A stretch of DNA of 64,000 bases from Candidatus Elulimicrobium sp. Lineage in GTDB: Bacteria; Patescibacteriota; Minisyncoccia; Phycocordibacterales; UBA918. The notes under the pieces were generated by a model. The model did no database searches and was not told the DNA's origin. It saw nothing but the letters and a program-made list of their open reading frames with translations. Positions 49,718 to 57,316 of the stretch are shown in pieces. Position 1 is the stretch's first letter; the number at the start of each line of letters is the position of its first letter. The DNA lies in the NCBI GenBank assembly GCA_020720815.1, contig DYNY01000002.1, forward strand, positions 5,980 to 69,979, written 5' to 3'. The position numbers and the translations under genes were made by a program.

Positions 49718-50280
49718 CAGGAAATAGTTGTACACAGTGAAAATAGAATCAAACATTTCTTAGAAATGTCAAGAGTAAGAGTTTGGTAGCCAGTATATGG
49801 CTAATAATAAAGCTGAATTTACTATAAATTTTTTGTTTATGAGGCGTGTTCATTATAAAGGACACGCTAGAGATAGTTATACACAACTATTCACCACCAT
49901 GTCCTTTACACTCTTTTATAAAGGACATAATATATATGTAGGCCCAGAAAGGGCGAGCAGGTACCTCCAGAGTTCTCCCCTGAAACAACTTCAGAGAAGA
50001 ACCCTGGGGATACCCCTTAAAGAGATCTTTCAAAAAACAATTGAGTATTACCTCCAAAAAACTCAAATAAAAAACGTTCATAATAACCCCACCCACATAG
50101 AGAAGTCTCCTTACTCGCAGAGCTGGAATGAGAAGCAGAAAGCATCCACATTCCAACCGTACAGTAAGTGAAATAGATTTCTCAAAAAGTACAACGTAGG
50201 GCTTTGGCTTTTGGTTAGCCCATGAGGCGCCATCTAGGGTTACATAACCCGCAAAAATATAAAGCTCGAACTAATCAAAA

Positions 50281-50341
50281 GGCCTGAGGGCATCGCCAGC
50301 GAATCTAATAGATTAGCTTACGATACCCCCAGGCCTTTTTT
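50281..50341 (+). terminator. Elaborate terminator-like stem-loop with a T-run, possibly the 3' end of an sRNA
   Basis: ggcctgagggcatcg (50281-50295) pairs with cgatacccccaggcc (50321-50335). The loop contains the palindrome aatcta-a-tagatt. It is followed by tttttt. Confidence 0.5.
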
Positions 50342-50478
50342 AAATGAGCAAATACCCGTAAGGGCATATTGCGAATTAATGCAGGCACCTCAGTAGATTT
50401 TACTTAGGGAGAATCTACTGGCGGTGAGTTGTACAATCGCTAAATTTAAGGTATTTTACCCTTAACTAACCTTGTTCC

Positions 50479-50724
50479 TTGGAGGATTACATGAAGCAAG
50501 ATTTTGATACTAGTGATTCACTTGAGGAAGTAGTTTACGATTTTGCTTTGGGTTTAGTTATTACACCTATCTTAACCTACCCTTTTACAACGTATATTTT
50601 CAGTGTGTGGTGGGAAAACCTGAGTCTTTGGGCAGGAGTTGCCTGGTTGGTCTGCCTTTGGCAAATTGTTACAGTTTGCTTGGTCCAGCCTGGTCGAGAG
50701 CGCCTAATGAGAAAGAGTAACTAA
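50479..50724 (+). CDS. Small two-TM membrane protein
   Basis: GGAGG sits 6 nt upstream of the ATG. 81 aa with two hydrophobic helices. Confidence 0.55.
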   Translation: MEDYMKQDFDTSDSLEEVVYDFALGLVITPILTYPFTTYIFSVWWENLSLWAGVAWLVCLWQIVTVCLVQPGRERLMRKSN

Positions 50725-50745
50725 ATGCCACAAGGAAATTGCCAT

Positions 50746-50783
50746 AAAAACCCCGACAAGGCTCTGCTCTTGGCGGGGTTTCG
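50746..50783. terminator. Bidirectional terminator between the small membrane gene and cca
   Basis: aaaaccccgacaagg-ctctgct-cttggcggggttt. Confidence 0.6.
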
Positions 50784-50797
50784 TTATATTTAGCCAC

Positions 50798-52333
50798 TTA
50801 ACCCACTTTATGTTCGCGGGCTATATTTTTAAGGGCGGCAGCTTCCTCCTCAGCTTGTTTTTCCTTTCCCGCTTCTGCCAGAGATAATAATTCATCTTCC
50901 GGCAGTTTCAGTAGCTCTAAAACCCTTGTTTCTAGGTACTTTTCAGTATTTTTCCCCGGCTCTATCAACACCTCTTCCAACAACGCATGCAGTATATATC
51001 CCAGCTTTTTCCCCGGCTTTTCCCCAGACATTTCCATTACTTTATCCCCATTAATCTTCAATAGCTTTACAGATATAGGGTCGCGCAAGGCTTCGTCGAC
51101 CATGGCTTTGTATTTACGGAAGCGGAAAGGCTGTTCTTTTGGTCGACCGGTACCGATGCGATCACAAACCCTTAAATTAAGGAGATTTTCAATCTGGCCT
51201 TTTCCTATTCGTACAATAGTGCGACGAACGGCTGCTAAGGTAATTTCATCTGGGTCTGAGAAAAACATATGCCAGCGCACCAGTCCCTCTACCCTTTCAA
51301 TAGTTTCGCGGGGCATTTTCAATCGTTCGAGAATCTTTTTAGTCATTTTTGCACCTACCACCTCATGTCCAAAGAAAGTATAAAGCTTGTTTTTGCCCCC
51401 AGTACGTCTGGTAGCTGGCTTACCAACATCGTGTAGTAACCCGGCTAGGCGAATTTCGGTTGAATGTCCTTTATCCGCTGCCGCTTGCAGGGTTCTTAAA
51501 TTATGTTCAAACACATCAAAATCATGAATACCCCCTTGCTCACAGCTGATTCCTTCTAGTAGCTCAGGTAAAATATACTCGAGTAAATCTAGTTTTTGAA
51601 GGAAAATGATCCCTTGCATAGGGGCGGATGAATCAATTAGGCGAATGAATTCGGTCGCGACACGCTCAATAGCAATCTTTTTTAATTGTGGGGCGTTTCT
51701 CACGATGCCTGCCATAGTTTCGGCATCAATAACGAAGTCGAGTTCAGCCGCTAGGCGCACCGCCCGCATCATCCGTAGGGCATCTTCGGCAAACCGTTCA
51801 TCCGGTATACCGACGGCCTTTAGGCGTTTTGCCTTCAGGTCTTCAATTCCACCATATAAATCGACAATTTTTTGGTCGGTAATCCGGAAAGCAATGGCGT
51901 TAACGGTAAAGTCTCGACGAGCGAGGTCTTCTTCTAGAGTAACACCGAAAGTAACGTTATCTGGACGTCTAGCATCGCTGTACCCGCTTTCGCTACGGTA
52001 GGGTGTTACTTCTACCACCTTTAGTCTTTCGTCAGTCTCTAATTCATTTTTAACCCCGACTGTGCCATATTCGTTATTACAGAAACTATCAGGAAATAAA
52101 GCTTGGATTTGCGCAGGATGGGCAGTCGTGGTGAAGTCCCAATCCTTAGGTGTTTTACCGAGCATGAGGTCACGCACACAACCACCGACTAGATACGCTT
52201 CAAAACCAGCTTTTTCTAGTATTTCATTAATGTTTCTTACTGTTAACGGGATAGAGTTGATATCAATCATGTACCGATATTGTAGCAGAAAGTCGTTGCT
52301 TTTTCCTTTGTTACAGCGTATGATTTTCGACAC
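50798..52333 (-). CDS. cca: CCA-adding tRNA nucleotidyltransferase with an HD domain
   Basis: LVGGCVRDLMLGKTPKDWDFTT head domain and an HD motif (LLHDVGK). The start is probably MIDINS at 52270. Confidence 0.9.
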   Translation of the reverse strand: MSKIIRCNKGKSNDFLLQYRYMIDINSIPLTVRNINEILEKAGFEAYLVGGCVRDLMLGKTPKDWDFTTTAHPAQIQALFPDSFCNNEYGTVGVKNELETDERLKVVEVTPYRSESGYSDARRPDNVTFGVTLEEDLARRDFTVNAIAFRITDQKIVDLYGGIEDLKAKRLKAVGIPDERFAEDALRMMRAVRLAAELDFVIDAETMAGIVRNAPQLKKIAIERVATEFIRLIDSSAPMQGIIFLQKLDLLEYILPELLEGISCEQGGIHDFDVFEHNLRTLQAAADKGHSTEIRLAGLLHDVGKPATRRTGGKNKLYTFFGHEVVGAKMTKKILERLKMPRETIERVEGLVRWHMFFSDPDEITLAAVRRTIVRIGKGQIENLLNLRVCDRIGTGRPKEQPFRFRKYKAMVDEALRDPISVKLLKINGDKVMEMSGEKPGKKLGYILHALLEEVLIEPGKNTEKYLETRVLELLKLPEDELLSLAEAGKEKQAEEEAAALKNIAREHKVG

Positions 52334-52346
52334 AGCAAAGATATAG

Positions 52347-52418
52347 GCACCTGTAGTGAAATGGATATCATTTTTGACTTCGGATCAAACGTTCCAGGTT
52401 CGAGTCCTGGCAGGTGCA
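52347..52418 (+). tRNA. tRNA-Arg (anticodon TCG)
   Basis: Manual fold: acceptor GCACCTG/CAGGTGC, D arm GTGA-AATGGATA-TCAT, anticodon arm TTTGA-CTTCGGA-TCAAA, T arm CCAGG-TTCGAGT-CCTGG, discriminator A. CCA is not encoded. Confidence 0.8.
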
Positions 52419-52420
52419 CC

Positions 52421-52465
52421 TAAAATACAAAATGCCGGCCTTGCGCTGGCATTTTGTATTTTAGG
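52421..52465. terminator. 15-bp hairpin immediately 3' of tRNA-Arg
   Basis: aaaatacaaaatgcc...ggcattttgtatttt. Confidence 0.6.
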
Positions 52466-52544
52466 TCCAGGACTCGAAGCTGATGCGAGATATCTTTTCG
52501 AGCGAAGCGAAGGAAAGTATCCGCATCGGGTACTGAACATGTAA

Positions 52545-52567
52545 GGTTCGAGTCCTGGCAGGTGCAC
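52545..52567 (+). repeat. Exact 23-bp direct repeat of the tRNA-Arg 3' end
   Basis: ggttcgagtcctggcaggtgcac at 52397-52419 and again at 52545-52567. Between them, 52466-52478 is an inverted copy of the T arm. There is no matching 5' tRNA half. Confidence 0.65.
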
Positions 52568-52663
52568 ATCGTAAATTACAAAAAGAGCCGGCGTTTTAGT
52601 GGTTCCTTGTATTTTAGTCTTTGTACAGGAGGTTGATTTATAGTGTGCTACTATTTATAGTAT

Positions 52664-53038
52664 ATGGCTAACACAGTCGTTCTTATTGTTGAAGATGATG
52701 AGAGTATTCTAGAACTTTATGCGACCGCTTTTATACAGATAGGAATCAAGGTCCTTAAAGCCAATAATGGTCTGAAGGGAGTGGAACTGGCGTTAAAGCA
52801 CCACCCAGACGCTATTTTAATGGATATTATGATGCCTATAATGCCTGGACATGAAGCAGTGAAGAAAATTCGTCTTGATCCCTGGGGTAAAGATGCCAAG
52901 GTAATTTTTCTTACTAATATGAGTGATGCCGAAAATGTTTTTCTGGCAGTGAAGCAAGGCAGTGAAGAGTATATTATTAAAGCCAATACTCCAGTGAAAG
53001 AAGTTGTAAACCAGACCAGAATGGCGATGCGAGCTTAG
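52664..53038 (+). CDS. Stand-alone receiver (REC, CheY-like) domain response regulator
   Basis: 124 aa with IVEDDESI and MDIMMPIMPG phospho-acceptor context and no output domain. Confidence 0.8.
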   Translation: MANTVVLIVEDDESILELYATAFIQIGIKVLKANNGLKGVELALKHHPDAILMDIMMPIMPGHEAVKKIRLDPWGKDAKVIFLTNMSDAENVFLAVKQGSEEYIIKANTPVKEVVNQTRMAMRA

Positions 53039-53075
53039 GCCTAACTTTCACTCTACAGCCAGTAGGATATATACG

Positions 53076-53110
53076 AAAACAGCTTGCCAGAAACAACCAA
53101 GCTGTTTTTT
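53076..53110. terminator. Bidirectional terminator
   Basis: aaaacagcttg-ccagaaacaa-ccaagctgttttttt. Confidence 0.65.
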
Positions 53111-53122
53111 TGCAAGCTGTTG

Positions 53123-53452
53123 CTAAAAATTGATTCGAAATTCCCTTCCGTGGTCTGTAAATCCGATACGACGATACCAAGCCTGTACTTCTTTCCTGGT
53201 ACCATCATCCCGGCTGGTGGCTATAAGCTTGTAGCAGTGATTATTTCTTGCGTAGTCTATGACCGCTACAAGAATTTCTCTGGCAATCCCCTGTCCCCGG
53301 TATTTTTCTTCTACATTTACATCTTCAAGTAAGCCAAAAGGTTCTGGGTGAAGATCATTTCGTAGAAGGTAAAGAAAAGCCCGGCCTGCTTCTTTGCCGT
53401 CACGGGTAATGGAAAATCTAACTCCTACGCAAGGTACTTTAATGCAGTGCAT
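53123..53452 (-). CDS. GNAT-family N-acetyltransferase
   Basis: RGQGIAREILVAVIDYARNN (motif A). 109 aa. Confidence 0.8.
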   Translation of the reverse strand: MHCIKVPCVGVRFSITRDGKEAGRAFLYLLRNDLHPEPFGLLEDVNVEEKYRGQGIAREILVAVIDYARNNHCYKLIATSRDDGTRKEVQAWYRRIGFTDHGREFRINF

Positions 53453-53559
53453 GTTTAGCTCCTAGTTAGCCTATGTTTTAAAACCGATGTCTAAGCTTAG
53501 AAGTTGTTTATATGTCAAAATCGAACAGTTGACGTAGTATATAATATACGAATCTTTCT

Positions 53560-54240
53560 ATGGCAGATTCATCTGGTCACTACAAACAAGAAGCCTACGA
53601 GCAAGCAATTGCCTTTCGGAAGCGAGGTTTTACGTATACAGAGATTGCTAAGATTTGTGGCGTATCGGTCGGTACTGCCAGTACTTGGCTTAAGCCACTA
53701 CCGTTCTCATTTAAGATAACGGCCCAAAATAAAGCTAGAGCGGCACAGGATAATAAGAAACGCATGGTTTCAATCAACAAGGCGCGCACTGCCGAACGGG
53801 CGAAGCAATATGACCAGGTGGTACGAATGGCGGAGACTGAATATCAAAATTATCGGCATTCCCCTCTCTTTATAGCCGGTCTAATGCTTTATATTAGCGA
53901 GGGAGACAATGTTAGTACCAGGCTAATACGGCTATCTAGTAGTCGGCCGGAGTTACATAAAATTTTTATTAAATTTCTCTTAACCTACCTGGGAGTAGTT
54001 AAATCTTCGATTAAGTTTTGGCTACTCTTGTACCCAGATCTAGATGAAGTCACTTGTATGAAACATTGGAGTAAAAAAACAGGTATTTCAGTTGCCCAAT
54101 TTTATAAGAATCAATTTATAAACGGTCGTAGTACCAAACCAACGTTGCATTTTGGCGTTGGGAATACTATAATCGGCAATACTCTACTAAAACAGAAGCT
54201 CGCAAAATGGGTCGAACTACTGCATAAAGAGTTAAAATAA
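53560..54240 (+). CDS. Hypothetical protein with an N-terminal HTH and a degenerate LAGLIDADG-like segment
   Basis: GFTYTEIAKICGVSVGTASTWLK is a resolvase/sigma-like HTH. PLFIAGLMLYISEGDN is reminiscent of, but does not match, LAGLIDADG. Confidence 0.5.
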   Translation: MADSSGHYKQEAYEQAIAFRKRGFTYTEIAKICGVSVGTASTWLKPLPFSFKITAQNKARAAQDNKKRMVSINKARTAERAKQYDQVVRMAETEYQNYRHSPLFIAGLMLYISEGDNVSTRLIRLSSSRPELHKIFIKFLLTYLGVVKSSIKFWLLLYPDLDEVTCMKHWSKKTGISVAQFYKNQFINGRSTKPTLHFGVGNTIIGNTLLKQKLAKWVELLHKELK

Positions 54241-54246
54241 TTAAAT

Positions 54247-54317
54247 GCGGCCATGGTTAAGTGGCATAACGAGTCCTTGCCAAGGATTAGTCGGGGTTTC
54301 GATTACCCCTGGCCGCA
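54247..54317 (+). tRNA. tRNA-Gly (anticodon GCC)
   Basis: Manual fold: acceptor GCGGCCA/TGGCCGC, D arm GTTA-AGTGGCA-TAAC, anticodon arm AGTCC-TTGCCAA-GGATT, T arm GGGGT-TTCGATT-ACCCC, discriminator A. Confidence 0.85.
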
Positions 54318-54324
54318 CGAGTAC

Positions 54325-54356
54325 AAAAATAGCACCCTTGGAGGTGCTATTTTTGT
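54325..54356 (+). terminator. Terminator 3' of tRNA-Gly
   Basis: aaaaatagcacc-cttggag-ggtgctattttt. Confidence 0.7.
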
Positions 54357-54479
54357 TCGTACGGCCAGAGTAAGTGCCTTGTGGCACTTACGTAGGTAAT
54401 CGAAAAAGCTTTTGAGGTGAATTATGAGTTCGTGAAATAATTCATCCAAAAGGTGTACAGCGACTGTAGGTCGGCGAAT

Positions 54480-54495
54480 TTACCCCTGGCCGCAC
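54480..54495 (+). repeat. Exact 16-bp direct repeat of the tRNA-Gly 3' end
   Basis: ttacccctggccgcac at 54303-54318 and at 54480-54495. Downstream of it the sequence turns markedly AT-rich. Confidence 0.65.
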
Positions 54496-54700
54496 CAATA
54501 ATAAACAGTCACAACATACATTGTGACTGTAAAATTAGAAAAACTTTAAAGATAAATATTCACAATGCGGTAAAGTCAGGTCTAATATATAAGACATCCT
54601 GCACTGTCTTATATGGGGATAAGACAGTGCATAAGTGGATAAAGGACAACAAATTAATAACTAAATATTAGATTAGCCATATTTGCCAATAGATTATATA

Positions 54701-54744
54701 AATATGTACCACGTGAAACATTTATTATTTGTTACACGTAGAAC
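54701..54744 (+). repeat. Upstream repeat block of the yraN-like gene
   Basis: ccacgtgaaacat (54709-54721) recurs at 55309-55321. gttacacgtagaac (54731-54744) recurs inside the ORF at 55016-55029. Confidence 0.6.
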
Positions 54745-54784
54745 AAGTTGAAGTATGACTTTAATACGATGATATAATCTACTA

Positions 54785-55207
54785 GTGTTAGATTATCTTA
54801 GCGGTAACAGTAAATCTACAAATAAACAGATTGGATCTTGGGGTGAAACTATTGCTACTAATTATTTAAAAAGAAAGGGATATACGATTCTTGATCGTAA
54901 TTATCTTAAGAAATGGGGTGAGATTGACATAGTAGCACGTGGAACTAATGGAAAAATTCATTTTGTTGAAGTAAAGGCTGTTTCATATGAAACAAAACGA
55001 CATTTAAGCAATGCCGTTACACGTAGAACCTGGCGTCCTGAGGAAAATGTTCATTTTTTTAAGTTAAAAAAGCTAAATCGAGTTATAGAGTCTTGGCTAA
55101 TGGAAAAGAATTATACAAAGGAATGGCAAATTGATGTTATTGCAGTTAGGCTTGTTCCACGTGAAAAGTACGCCTCATTAAAGCTAATTCCTAACATTGT
55201 ATTGTGA
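54785..55207 (+). CDS. yraN: YraN/UPF0102-family PD-(D/E)xK endonuclease-like protein
   Basis: GSWGETIATNYLKRKGYTIL...GEIDIVARGTNGKIHFVEVKAV...IDVIAV matches the UPF0102 signature. Confidence 0.8.
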   Translation: MLDYLSGNSKSTNKQIGSWGETIATNYLKRKGYTILDRNYLKKWGEIDIVARGTNGKIHFVEVKAVSYETKRHLSNAVTRRTWRPEENVHFFKLKKLNRVIESWLMEKNYTKEWQIDVIAVRLVPREKYASLKLIPNIVL

Positions 55208-55300
55208 TTTTGTTATAATTTCATTTACTTTATTAAATTACTGGTTGAGTTTCATGTGTAACAAAAGATTATTTTATTTAATTAATCGAGTAAAGTAAAT

Positions 55301-55321
55301 AATGTATGCCACGTGAAACAT
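55301..55321 (+). repeat. Downstream copy of the CACGTG-containing flank repeat
   Basis: aatgtatgccacgtgaaacat versus the upstream aatatgtaccacgtgaaacat. Further CACGTG cores lie inside the ORF at 54936 and 55161. Confidence 0.6.
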
Positions 55322-55440
55322 AAATTTATAATAATGCATACAAAAATATAGGTTTTTTCTTAAATGTGTTTTTACAACTAATTCGTAATAATAAGTTATC
55401 TTACTTTGAGATAATCATTTTAATGATGTAATATTAAAAT

Positions 55441-55713
55441 ATGAATGAAGGATATATTAAGAAATTACAACCTGATAATGAATTAAGTAAAGGTAAAAAA
55501 TCAGCACAAACGATTTCTTTTGAAGCTATAGCAGGAACTGATAAATTAAGATTAACTATGTGTGATGGTGTGAATCATTGGTTTGAGGAGGAAGAGGTGA
55601 CAGAAGGTGTGACAGGAGGACTTGATTTATCAATTGACAAATTAGACGGAAAATTTAAGTGTGATTGTCCTGATAAAGATAATCGAAAAGATGCTTTTGG
55701 ACTTTTTAAATAA
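55441..55713 (+). CDS. Hypothetical small protein (90 aa), very AT-rich gene
   Basis: The ORF has a C-terminal CDC pair. No motif recognised. Confidence 0.45.
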   Translation: MNEGYIKKLQPDNELSKGKKSAQTISFEAIAGTDKLRLTMCDGVNHWFEEEEVTEGVTGGLDLSIDKLDGKFKCDCPDKDNRKDAFGLFK

Positions 55714-55814
55714 GGATAATTAGTTTAAATGGGGAGTTGTAAAGTTTTAAGTTTACTTGAAGAGGTGAACATAATAATCTAATTCAATTAAGCCTTAATT
55801 TCTTCGCGATCATT

Positions 55815-55845
55815 TAATAAAACTCAACTAAAAGTTGAGTTTTAT
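55815..55845. terminator. Bidirectional terminator between the 90-aa gene and tRNA-Pro
   Basis: aataaaactcaac-taaaa-gttgagttttatt. Confidence 0.7.
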
Positions 55846-55852
55846 TAAACAT

Positions 55853-55923
55853 GTCGGGGAGCCGGGAATCGAACCCGGACCACTCGGTCCCAAACCGAGT
55901 ACACTACCACTATGCTACACCCC
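55853..55923 (-). tRNA. tRNA-Pro (anticodon TGG)
   Basis: Reverse complement CGGGGTG-TA-GCAT-AGTGGTA-GTGT-A-CTCGG-TTTGGGA-CCGAG-TGGT-CCGGG-TTCGATT-CCCGG-CTCCCCG-A. There is one U-U mismatch in the acceptor stem (position 6:67). Confidence 0.75.
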
Positions 55924-56000
55924 GATGAGTGAGAGGAGTCAGAAGACTTTGTTCCGGGGTGTAAGGAGCACACGTTTTCTGACTTCCGAGCGAAGAAAGG

Positions 56001-56990
56001 GTGAAAGCTTTGCTTACAACCCTACTCGCTACTTATCTAAACCAGATGAACCGATTTAGTGCTCACGATAATAGCATATTGAGCGGAAAATGCGAGACCG
56101 TGTTTAGCTCATTATTAATGTATAATATAAACCTTATGCCTGAAAGCTTTTCAAAAATAGAAATTAACTTTACATATAAAGAACGTGATTTTTATCAAAG
56201 ACTTGCTTCTCTACCACATGAAATTGCCGAACGATGGCGTGAAGAATATGAGAATTTGCCGGAAATAACAGATGATTTTTTCATTCGCTTTGACCAGTTT
56301 TGTATTTTTAGGAATCAAGCAATGGATAGTTCGCTTGAATTAGATGAAGAAATTAGTGATGAAATTAGACTTGAAATTGAGGGAGTTAAAAAAGTAGTTA
56401 GAGAAACTTTTGGCGACCCACAGCATTTTCTGGGTAATGGATACACCGCTGAGGTTTACGAATTACCGGTCGCTCCGCATTTGTGTGTAAAGTATATTCA
56501 TAATCAAGAAGCTTATAACGAAAATAATCATATTCGCGTGGAGCATAATTTTCTAGCGGAACTAAGAAAATTTACTGTAGAAGGAGTGCGAAGTCCGCTT
56601 CCTTACTTTGTTCGTATACACCCGAGTGAGGGTCACTCATATGGTATGGAAAAAATTAATGGTAAAAACTTGTCTCAAATACTAGAACGCCAGTCTGATA
56701 ATATTGAACTAATAGCAATGCTTAAGACACTAGACAGAGAAACTGTAAAGAAAAATTTGTTGGCCTACGTTACTTCACTGCATGATACATGTAAAATTAC
56801 ACACGGAGATCTATTCCAGCGGAATATCATGGTAGATGAAGAAGGAAAATTTTACATTATTGATTTCGGTAAAGCTAAACGAGAGGAAATTGGGGAAGAT
56901 CACGAAGGGCGCCGCAAAATAGACATTGCTACATTAACTTCTGAGATAGGGGTTTTCTTTAATGCTATTGACAAACTAGATATAGTTTGA
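56001..56990 (+). CDS. Protein-kinase-like (APH/Kdo-kinase/RIO-like) fold protein with a roughly 110-aa N-terminal extension
   Basis: Gly-rich loop LGNGYTAEVY, lysine CVKYI, catalytic HGDLFQRNIMV, and IIDFG. The start is uncertain (GTG 56001, or ATG at 56046, 56118 or 56136). Confidence 0.65.
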   Translation: MKALLTTLLATYLNQMNRFSAHDNSILSGKCETVFSSLLMYNINLMPESFSKIEINFTYKERDFYQRLASLPHEIAERWREEYENLPEITDDFFIRFDQFCIFRNQAMDSSLELDEEISDEIRLEIEGVKKVVRETFGDPQHFLGNGYTAEVYELPVAPHLCVKYIHNQEAYNENNHIRVEHNFLAELRKFTVEGVRSPLPYFVRIHPSEGHSYGMEKINGKNLSQILERQSDNIELIAMLKTLDRETVKKNLLAYVTSLHDTCKITHGDLFQRNIMVDEEGKFYIIDFGKAKREEIGEDHEGRRKIDIATLTSEIGVFFNAIDKLDIV

Positions 56991-57024
56991 TATAAATAAG
57001 TTTGATTCGTAACAAGGAATAGAC

Positions 57025-57219
57025 ATGGAAATTTCCAAACATATCACAGAGGAGGCAAAGAACCTGTTGCAAGCAGACGCTTCGCTGACTCTGCCGATTC
57101 AGCTGTCGTCGGCGCCGGAATTCTATTTGGCAAAAGGTGATGATGCAACCATCACTGCCTTCACCGCCATCATTCACTCCGGCGCTGAATACAAAATTGG
57201 CACAAAGAAGGCCAATTAA
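57025..57219 (+). CDS. Small hypothetical protein (64 aa), GC-rich gene
   Basis: AAGGAA sits 7 nt upstream of the ATG. It has its own terminator and a GC content clearly above the flanks. Confidence 0.5.
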   Translation: MEISKHITEEAKNLLQADASLTLPIQLSSAPEFYLAKGDDATITAFTAIIHSGAEYKIGTKKAN

Positions 57220-57238
57220 TACGTCGCTTTTTCACTTT

Positions 57239-57263
57239 AGCTCTCCTGCGGGAGAGCTTTGTT
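57239..57263 (+). terminator. Intrinsic terminator
   Basis: agctctcc-tgcg-ggagagct followed by ttgtt. Confidence 0.6.
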
Positions 57264-57316
57264 ATTAAGTCGTAAATATTTCCCAAATTCACTTAAGTAG
57301 GGCACAATAGTCGGCG

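Noticed and set aside
49797-50171. ORFs of 124 aa (plus) and 89 aa (minus) in the xth downstream region.
   Set aside because: They overlap each other and have no RBS and low complexity. The region is better explained as non-coding.
52356-52567. Two overlapping small ORFs (plus and minus strands).
   Set aside because: They overlie tRNA-Arg, its terminator hairpin and the duplicated 3' fragment.
52541-52570. A possible second full tRNA ending at 52567.
   Set aside because: Only the T arm plus acceptor 3' strand are present. The upstream 50 nt cannot form acceptor-5', D or anticodon arms, so it is a 3' fragment.
55835-56059. A 74-aa ORF.
   Set aside because: It is entirely explained by the minus-strand tRNA-Pro and its flanking hairpins.
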